Shown here: positions 28,072 through 35,038 of the stretch, in pieces
Layout: every line of letters starts with the position of its first letter
How positions within the stretch are numbered: the stretch's first letter is position 1
Source of the DNA: Candidatus Eremiobacteria bacterium
GTDB lineage: Bacteria > Vulcanimicrobiota > Vulcanimicrobiia > Vulcanimicrobiales > Vulcanimicrobiaceae
Assembly: GCA_963737065.1 (NCBI GenBank)
Contig: CAVTRC010000001.1
Location: 320,001 to 384,000, forward strand
Length of the DNA: 64,000 bases
Reading direction: 5' to 3'
Notes under the pieces: generated by a model
Seen by the model: only the letters and a program-made list of their open reading frames with translations
The model's database searches: none
Told to the model about the DNA's origin: nothing
Program-made: the position numbers and the translations under genes

Positions 28072-28403
28072 TGCCGCGCAGAAAAGGCTCTGGCCGACTG
28101 GGACCTGTACGGTCGCTTCGACTACCGCTCGCCTTGGAACGCTGGTTCGGAGCGACTCTTTGCCTGCGGCCCGATCACTCGGCGAGCAGTCTGTTACTTG
28201 AGCTCGTACATGGAGGTCTGCGCCTCGCCCCGGGGTACATGCGGCGACACGCGGCAGCACTGCTCGCGCTTGAACGTGACGGTGCAGCGATCGCACGCGA
28301 AAACTACGCGCGCGCGCTCGGCGATACGTTCGGCGAACGGTATGTTGCACATGTCGAGGCGTGGATTCAAAGCGAGCGCGGCACTATCACCGCGTCGAGG
28401 TAA
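28071..28403 (+). CDS. Hypothetical protein, possibly with a ribbon-helix-helix-like N-terminus
   Basis: TAATG coupling to the His-rich ORF. Basic N-terminus followed by VRSLRLPLALERWF. Confidence 0.55.
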   Translation: MPRRKGSGRLGPVRSLRLPLALERWFGATLCLRPDHSASSLLLELVHGGLRLAPGYMRRHAAALLALERDGAAIARENYARALGDTFGERYVAHVEAWIQSERGTITASR

Positions 28404-28417
28404 ACAACACGCCAAAA

Positions 28418-30703
28418 TTATGGGGTGAAGGAATATTGCACCCGAACCGTACGAGCTTCCGACGGATGGAAATGATAGTCGTTTATACCGGCGCCGCCGA
28501 GTGCGGGATTCACGCCGGCGTTGTGGACGTTCGCGAGGCTGGCGTCTTGCGGCAACCAGGAGGCGTAATAGTACGTAACGTCGTCCGGGTGCGCGTTTAA
28601 GACATTAAAGAGTCCGATCGTCAACCGCCGGCGTCCAGAGAGTTTCGCCGTGTATTCCGCGTTCAGCAGCGTAGACGGGCTGGAGTACGCGTCGCCTTGC
28701 GTATCCAGTGGACGGGGGCCAAAATAGCGCATGCGAACACTGGCCGCATAGTGCGGCTTGTCGACCGTAACGCCGAGCGACGCGACCGCGCTCAGTGATT
28801 CGGGAACAAACGTTCCTCGACCGTCCGGATTCGTGAGGAACCGCGCAGCCGAATCGGCAATGTCCGCGTCGATCACAAGCCATTTCGTCGGGCGATAGTT
28901 GTTGGCAAATTCGATGCCTTTGCGCCGGCTCGGACCGCCCAGAGACGTCGTACCGTGATCGCCATCGAAGATCAGTTCATTCGCCTGAAACAGCTGCCAC
29001 AACGACACCGTGCTGACCAGTTTATCGTTTGTGAAGCGATAGCCGACCTCATCTCCAACCGACCGATTCAGCAGACCGTTCTGAGCGACAGCCGTGCCCG
29101 TATAGTCGAACCGTTCGTGCGTCTGCGGATCGTCGATGTATGTCACGCCGCGCACGTCGTTTGAGTGAAAGCTTTCTCCGAAGTCGAGATACAACTCGTT
29201 TCTTGAGTTGATTGTATAAGCAACGTTCATCTTTGGACTAATGAGACCGGCTGATCCACGACCGCTATTTTTCGGGTCGTACGCGGCATCGCTGTAACCG
29301 TACACGTCGGCTCGGATCCCCGGATCGATTCTCCATTTACTGGAGAGCCGGAGTTTCGACTGGATATAGATATAGGCGGGCCGCTCAACCACGTGATCGT
29401 CACTAAGGGTTCCATCACGAAATCGCTCGCGATCCCTTACAAGAAACAAGCCGACGGTCGGGATGTTGAAGTTTGTGAATCCTGCTCCGAAGGTCGTCGT
29501 GCTACCGGGAGTATCGACGGTCCGGGTAACGTTTAACCCCTCGAAGAAGCGATTGTCGAGCTGTTCCCGCTGGTCGCCGCACTGAAAGTTGTAGGAGACG
29601 GGCGTAAGCGATCCGGGCGCCGCACCCGCCGGCGCCGTATACGCGGGGCAGTACGAAGCGTAGTTCGGTGCTCGTAGTCTGCTTGTCCCATTCGCGACGC
29701 ATGTGGTATATGCGGTGTTACACGTGATGGGGTTGGCGGTTTCGTTGAAGTAATTCGTCGCATCGTAGAAATCGTAGGTGAAGTTCGAGAAAAGGTCGAG
29801 CCGGTACGCGACTGCATAGGCGTCGACCGCAAACGATCCATTGTGTACGTTGCGCGTCCATTGCGTCGAAAGCGTGAAGTAGCTCGTCGTGCCACCGTCG
29901 CTCGCATCGATGTAGCCGAATCGGCTAAGTTCGTCATCGTCGACGAGGCGCTGCGGAATTTGGTCGCTCGAGTCAAACGTGCCGCTATAGGCGCTCGCAG
30001 TGGCCGTGAAGCTGCCACTCGGACGCACCACGCTGTAGCGAAAGACGCCGTCGTATTTATTGTATTCGTCGGGCTTAACGAATGAGCCGTTATCGTGATA
30101 GACCTCGATCGCGTACAGCAGATTGCCCGCACCGCTCGGATGCGACGCCGCGGTGAAAAACCGGTCATATCCGAAGTCGCCGATTCCAACCGACGTCGTG
30201 GCCGCGATCGTGTCGCGATAGTAGACGTTGTAAGAACCAGCCGTAGAGAAGTCGCCTTGATCGGCGTAATACGTTCCTTTTTTGTATTCGACATTGTTTA
30301 CCAGCTCGGGCATCAGCCAATTGATATCCGAGTAGCCCTGGCCGTGAGCGTGCGTCGGCAGGTTGACGGGAATCCCGTTCACCGTGGAGTCGAGATCCGT
30401 TCCGTGATCGAGCTGAAAGCCGCGTAGATAGTATTGATTCGCCTTGCCTTCGCCGCTGTGTTGGCTGACGACGAGTCCCGGGATTTGCTCTAGTATTTCG
30501 CCCGGACGCAAGATCGGACGCGTCGCGATGTCTTGTTGACTGATGAAACCTTCCGAGGCCGCCGTCGCCGTGCCGATCAGGTTCGTGCTGCGGCCGGTCG
30601 TTTTGACGTTGCCGATCAGCTTGAGCGGAGGCGGAGATGGCGAGGGCGTGGGCGACGGTGTGACGATCGCGAGCGTTGCGCTGAAAAGCACGACAAGCAG
30701 CAT
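28418..30703 (-). CDS. TonB-dependent receptor of the type often found in Ni/Co loci
   Basis: Plug motifs RPGEILEQIPG, QHSGEGKANQYYLRGFQLDHGTD and HAHGQGYSD. Beta-barrel ending in FNVLN…HFHPSEARTVRVQYSF. Confidence 0.9.
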   Translation of the reverse strand: MLLVVLFSATLAIVTPSPTPSPSPPPLKLIGNVKTTGRSTNLIGTATAASEGFISQQDIATRPILRPGEILEQIPGLVVSQHSGEGKANQYYLRGFQLDHGTDLDSTVNGIPVNLPTHAHGQGYSDINWLMPELVNNVEYKKGTYYADQGDFSTAGSYNVYYRDTIAATTSVGIGDFGYDRFFTAASHPSGAGNLLYAIEVYHDNGSFVKPDEYNKYDGVFRYSVVRPSGSFTATASAYSGTFDSSDQIPQRLVDDDELSRFGYIDASDGGTTSYFTLSTQWTRNVHNGSFAVDAYAVAYRLDLFSNFTYDFYDATNYFNETANPITCNTAYTTCVANGTSRLRAPNYASYCPAYTAPAGAAPGSLTPVSYNFQCGDQREQLDNRFFEGLNVTRTVDTPGSTTTFGAGFTNFNIPTVGLFLVRDRERFRDGTLSDDHVVERPAYIYIQSKLRLSSKWRIDPGIRADVYGYSDAAYDPKNSGRGSAGLISPKMNVAYTINSRNELYLDFGESFHSNDVRGVTYIDDPQTHERFDYTGTAVAQNGLLNRSVGDEVGYRFTNDKLVSTVSLWQLFQANELIFDGDHGTTSLGGPSRRKGIEFANNYRPTKWLVIDADIADSAARFLTNPDGRGTFVPESLSAVASLGVTVDKPHYAASVRMRYFGPRPLDTQGDAYSSPSTLLNAEYTAKLSGRRRLTIGLFNVLNAHPDDVTYYYASWLPQDASLANVHNAGVNPALGGAGINDYHFHPSEARTVRVQYSFTP

Positions 30704-30831
30704 GGTTGTGCCGACAACGTTCTTCCGCGCGCATTCAGATTGAATTTGCCGTTATTGTCTACGAAATTGCACTGGCAAGCGCCCTGTCGTTGATTTTCGT
30801 CAGCTCGTTACGACGAATTTCGCTGACGTGG

Positions 30832-30858
30832 CAATCCAACCGGCGTCTTTGCTCGTTG
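30832..30858 (+). promoter_or_regulatory. ECF-type promoter CAATCC-N16-CGTTG
   Basis: 33 nt upstream of the GTG of the Ni/Co transporter operon. Confidence 0.65.
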
Positions 30859-30891
30859 ATAGCGCATATCGTGACCGGTCGGGGAGGCAGA

Positions 30892-32415
30892 GTGCGTTCG
30901 GGTCTTTGGAGCGGAGTAGTTGCCTGTCTCGTTTTGCTTTTCGCCGCCGGTCAACCGGTCGAGGCGCATCCGCTTGGGAATTTCACGATCAATCGCCTGG
31001 TTGAAGTCCGCGCAACGTCCGGAATGCTGCACGTTCGATACGTGGTCGATCGGGCGGAAATCCCGACCTTTCAGCTCATGCGCGCTTCATCGACCGACGC
31101 AAGCTGGACGCCCGCCCAGCTTCGTGCATGGGCAGATGAACAGCCCGCGCTCATCACCGAAGGGTTGAATGTTCTCGTCGACGGACGGCGCGCGCCGTTG
31201 CGGCCCGCCGGCGATTTTGCGAAACTGCGACCCGGGGCGGGTGGCCTGCCGATCCTCTACTGGTCAGGCGCCTTTACTACGCCGCTCTCCGACGGTCGCC
31301 ATCACATCGTCGTAGAAGATCGCGTGTTCGACGCGAATCGCATTGGGTGGAAAGACGTCGTCATCGCGCCCCAGACTGAGCCGACGCACGAACTGCTTTC
31401 GTATCCACCGGCGCTCATTTCTTCACCGCGCGCCGTGGAATCGGCGTCGTTTGATCTGTCGGCAACCGCCGGCGTCTCGCACATTGTCGATAATGTCGAT
31501 GACAACGGCGAAGGCGCGTCATCGGGTGTCTCAATTGTCAGGTCGAATGCGCTTTCCGACATGTTCGCGAACCCCAACCGCGCGCCGCTCTTTCTGTTAT
31601 TGACGGCGCTTGTCGCGTTTGGGCTCGGCGCACTGCACGCAATTGAACCCGGTCATGGCAAGGCGCTGCTGGCGTTCACGTTGGTTGGATCGCGCGCAAC
31701 CGTTAAACAAGCAGCAATTCTCGCGGCGTCTCTTACGTTCGCTCATACGATCGGCGTGCTCGTGCTCGGCGTCGTGCTCTTCTTCGCCGCCGGGTTCGCA
31801 ACCGAGTCGATCTATTCGTGGATAACGTTGATCTCCGGTATAGCGGTCGCTGTCATCGGCGCGAGAAATCTTTCGCGATATCTTCATGCGCGCGGGATAC
31901 ACGCCCACGGCGACGGCCACGTTCACGCGCATGATGCGCACGATCATCACCATGGTGATGCCGCGCACGCGCATTCGCACGCGATTCCGGGAACGCGGCC
32001 CATCGACTTTCGCGCGGCCGTCGTCGCGGCGATGAGCGGCGGCGTCGCGCCATGTCCCGCGGCAATCGTCGTCATGCTTGCGGCGCTGCGATTGCATCAA
32101 ATCGGCTACGGCATCGTTCTCATCGTCATCTTCAGCCTCGGTCTTGCATGCGTCCTCACCGGAATCGGTATTGCGGTCGTTCATGGATCGGCGTGGATTG
32201 GACGAAGCGGGCGGTTCGATCGGATGATCGCATACGGTCCGCTCGCTTCGGCCGTGCTCATTTCGCTCGTCGGTGCGGTGATGGTCGGTCAAGGATTCGT
32301 CGCGGAGGGAATCCGAGCTCCCCTCGCGCTCCTCGTTGGAATTACCGTGCTGGCAATTGCCGGATACGCGCTCGCACCGCAACACACTCACGCGCACGCA
32401 ATAGGTGAATCATGA
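30892..32415 (+). CDS. RcnA/NicO-type Ni/Co transporter fused to an N-terminal periplasmic domain
   Basis: GGGGAGG SD, VEA|HPLGNF, HAIEPGHGK, a His-rich loop (HAHGDGHVHAHDAHDHHHGD…) and PCP motif. Confidence 0.9.
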   Translation: MRSGLWSGVVACLVLLFAAGQPVEAHPLGNFTINRLVEVRATSGMLHVRYVVDRAEIPTFQLMRASSTDASWTPAQLRAWADEQPALITEGLNVLVDGRRAPLRPAGDFAKLRPGAGGLPILYWSGAFTTPLSDGRHHIVVEDRVFDANRIGWKDVVIAPQTEPTHELLSYPPALISSPRAVESASFDLSATAGVSHIVDNVDDNGEGASSGVSIVRSNALSDMFANPNRAPLFLLLTALVAFGLGALHAIEPGHGKALLAFTLVGSRATVKQAAILAASLTFAHTIGVLVLGVVLFFAAGFATESIYSWITLISGIAVAVIGARNLSRYLHARGIHAHGDGHVHAHDAHDHHHGDAAHAHSHAIPGTRPIDFRAAVVAAMSGGVAPCPAAIVVMLAALRLHQIGYGIVLIVIFSLGLACVLTGIGIAVVHGSAWIGRSGRFDRMIAYGPLASAVLISLVGAVMVGQGFVAEGIRAPLALLVGITVLAIAGYALAPQHTHAHAIGES

Positions 32416-33209
32416 TCGGTACCACGGCATTTACCGTCTTCACGTTGGGCCTGCGACACGGCGCCGACCCCGACCATCTTGCCGCGATCGATAACATGAC
32501 GAGAAACTCGATCGTACGCGCGCCGCGTCTTTCGCGTTTCATCGGTGCGCTTTTCGCGGGCGGCCATACGATTATGGTTCTCGCGATCGCAATGCTCGTC
32601 GGCTTCTTAGGAACGCGTTTCGCCGCACATGGCGCAGCGATCGAAACAGCCGGAACGTGGATCTCAATCATCGTGCTTCTCGCCATCGCGGGCCTTAATC
32701 TGCGGCAACTTCAACTCGGGCAGAACGATCGGGTTGCCGGACTGAAATCGCGACTGCTTCCGGCGAGTCTGCGTAATGCGACGTCGCCTCTCGTCGCGAT
32801 TCCGGTCGGCTTGCTCTTCGGGTTCGGCTTTGAGACTTCGAGCCAAATCGCAACGTACGCGCTTGCGTTCGGTATTGACGCCGGCATGGCGGGCGCGCTG
32901 GCCGTCGGTTCGACATTCTGTGCCGGCATGATCTGCACCGATACGCTCGATTCGCTCTTTGTCCACCGAATCGTCTCCTACCGCGCCGGTCAGTTACCTC
33001 GCGTAATGCGCGTGTGGATATGGTCGGTTACGATCTTTGCAATCGTCGTTGCGGCGTACGAGCTCGCGCAACTGCTCGGGTGGAAGCCGCCCTTCCCCGA
33101 CATTTCGGTGAGTGCGGTCCTCGTCACAGCGCTCGCGGCAGTCTTCGCATGGATCTTTTTCGCGACGCGCGCGGTCCGGCGCGTCGATCCGGTCCTGCAA
33201 CAGTATTAA
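32412..33209 (+). CDS. HoxN/HupN/NixA-family (NiCoT) high-affinity Ni/Co permease
   Basis: LGLRHGADPDHLAAIDNMTR, FAGGH and GLLFGFGFETSSQ motifs. ATGA coupling. Confidence 0.92.
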   Translation: MIGTTAFTVFTLGLRHGADPDHLAAIDNMTRNSIVRAPRLSRFIGALFAGGHTIMVLAIAMLVGFLGTRFAAHGAAIETAGTWISIIVLLAIAGLNLRQLQLGQNDRVAGLKSRLLPASLRNATSPLVAIPVGLLFGFGFETSSQIATYALAFGIDAGMAGALAVGSTFCAGMICTDTLDSLFVHRIVSYRAGQLPRVMRVWIWSVTIFAIVVAAYELAQLLGWKPPFPDISVSAVLVTALAAVFAWIFFATRAVRRVDPVLQQY

Positions 33210-33339
33210 TTGTCTTCCTGCGCTAGTAATGGATGTCGTTGTCAGGTACGCGCGCCGTTAAACCGCCGATAGATGCGTGGAGGGACTGCGTGACGAAAGT
33301 GCGCACAACGTGTTTCACGTAGAAGCGTTGGAGAGCAAC

Positions 33340-33447
33340 ATGAACGACGACAACAAGAAACCGGCACCGCCGCAGCCCCCGCAACCAGACACGTGGTCTT
33401 CCGTCCCCCTGAAGCCGCAGACACAAAAACCGCAAAACGGCGATTAA
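33340..33447 (+). CDS. Putative 35-aa small protein (MNDDNKKPAPPQPPQPDTWSSVPLKPQTQKPQNGD)
   Basis: GGAGAG SD 4 nt before the ATG. Fills an intergenic gap. Confidence 0.35.
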   Translation: MNDDNKKPAPPQPPQPDTWSSVPLKPQTQKPQNGD

Positions 33448-33452
33448 TCTCG

Positions 33453-34124
33453 CTACTCGAACTCCCATAGCGCCGCGCGAGTCCACGCCCCACTGCAATC
33501 GCGCAATTTGATCGGCGCGCACACGAACAAGCGTCGCTTGCCGTCCATCACATCGTCGGGGAAATACAGCTCCTCGACGATGAATTTCCCGTTCCCGAGC
33601 ATAGCGCGATGCGAGGGGCCGGCTTTTGCCGGATCGTTGTATCCGCCGAAGCTGACCGCATCGATGCCGGCGCCCTTCGCGCCGGCTTTCACGATCGCTT
33701 CGGCCGCATCACCGCCGCAATAGACGTACTCCGTGAGAAACTCTTTCGTATTTGCGCGCTTGTGGCCCCAGCCGGTATTCAATAGCACGATGTCGTCGCG
33801 TTCGATGCGATCGAGATACGGCTCAACATCATCGGCCGTAATCGCAGAACCCGGCGACTTTCCACGCACGTCGACGATCGTTGCCCAGCCAACGTAGGCG
33901 TCCAACGCAACGCGGTCGATTGGTGTCCCATCTGAAAAAAAGTGAAACGGCGCATCGCAGTGCGTTCCGGTATGCGTGCTGATCTCGACGATCTCTTTAT
34001 TGACCGGCTCGACGCCCTGAATGTACATCCACCGCACTTCCGCCGGCCGCGGCGTCGTATCGGGATATTGCGGACAATTGCTGAAAACCGGCTGGCTAAT
34101 ATCGATAATTCGCGTGGGAATCAT
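33453..34124 (-). CDS. Cyclase family metal hydrolase (KynB-like)
   Basis: HTGTHCDAPFH motif, GIDAVS and IVEEL. Confidence 0.9.
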   Translation of the reverse strand: MIPTRIIDISQPVFSNCPQYPDTTPRPAEVRWMYIQGVEPVNKEIVEISTHTGTHCDAPFHFFSDGTPIDRVALDAYVGWATIVDVRGKSPGSAITADDVEPYLDRIERDDIVLLNTGWGHKRANTKEFLTEYVYCGGDAAEAIVKAGAKGAGIDAVSFGGYNDPAKAGPSHRAMLGNGKFIVEELYFPDDVMDGKRRLFVCAPIKLRDCSGAWTRAALWEFE

Positions 34125-35038
34125 GCTTGAACGGTGCCGCGATGGATCTCGACAGTGTCACCCTGAGCCTGTCGAAGGGCCGCCTCGTCCCACATGCGCT
34201 CGAACGCCATGATATTGCGATCGATGACTTCGTCGAGATCGGCTCGCCACAGCGAGTCGGGCAGCGATTCCGACGAAAAGATTTCGACGACGTACGGCCG
34301 GTCGTAACCCGTTGCGCGAATCGCGCTGAGGAGCTCGACCGTCGGAATCGTCCCGTCGCCGAGGCATCGCCGGTCGGCGTTGCTGCGCGGCCGCCGCCAA
34401 TCACTCACTTGCACGAGAAAGATGCGCTTGCCGCACTCCCGGATGACGGCGCTCACGTTCGGCGTTTGAAAAATATTCCACGTGTCGCACGTCAGGCCCA
34501 GCGCCGGATGGTCGATGCGCTCGATCAGTTCGAGCCCGTCATCGAGTCCCCAAAGTGAGGTATCCGAATTGAACAAGATCGGATTGAGCGGCTCGAACGC
34601 AATGCGCATCCCGTGCGAGGCCGCCAGATCCGCCAGCCGCGCGAGCGCTTCCACTGCAAATCGATACACACGCTGGCAATTGCCGCCGGGCGCTGCGCCC
34701 GTAATGATGTTGAACGGCGTTCCTTCCGGAACGTGCGGCGCAATCCGTTCGATCGACGCCATGATGTGCGCGAGACGGTCACCGGGCTCCGTCGGTGCGG
34801 GGACGAGCGAATCGACGAAGAGCGAGTGCACCGTCGTCTGCACGGAGCTGACGCCGAGCCCTACTTCGCGGATGCGTTGTAACTGCGGCGCATAGTCGTC
34901 CCGATTGAGCTTGAACTCGCATACTTCGATATCGTCCACGCCGTGCGCCGCGTACCGCTCGATGTCGCGTTCGAACGACCAGGGCGTCGTCGTGAACTCA
35001 CTGATGCCGAAGCGATACGACGATGAGGAGTTTTTCAT
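34121..35038 (-). CDS. Sugar phosphate isomerase/epimerase (xylose-isomerase-like TIM barrel)
   Basis: FEPLN, DTWN, VQVSDW, R..GDG.IP and VEIFS motifs. Confidence 0.88.
   Translation of the reverse strand: MKNSSSSYRFGISEFTTTPWSFERDIERYAAHGVDDIEVCEFKLNRDDYAPQLQRIREVGLGVSSVQTTVHSLFVDSLVPAPTEPGDRLAHIMASIERIAPHVPEGTPFNIITGAAPGGNCQRVYRFAVEALARLADLAASHGMRIAFEPLNPILFNSDTSLWGLDDGLELIERIDHPALGLTCDTWNIFQTPNVSAVIRECGKRIFLVQVSDWRRPRSNADRRCLGDGTIPTVELLSAIRATGYDRPYVVEIFSSESLPDSLWRADLDEVIDRNIMAFERMWDEAALRQAQGDTVEIHRGTVQA
34157..34179 (+). repeat. REP-like motif, copy 2 (GTCACCCTGAGCCTGTCGAAGGG), in the isomerase C-terminal tail
   Basis: Shared with the copies at 10926 and 38241. Confidence 0.6.

Noticed and set aside
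30704..30891. Cobalamin or NiCo riboswitch, or NikR box, upstream of the TBDR and permeases
   Set aside because: The leaders are too short and lack B12-box or GTATGA-N16-TCATAC-like sequences.
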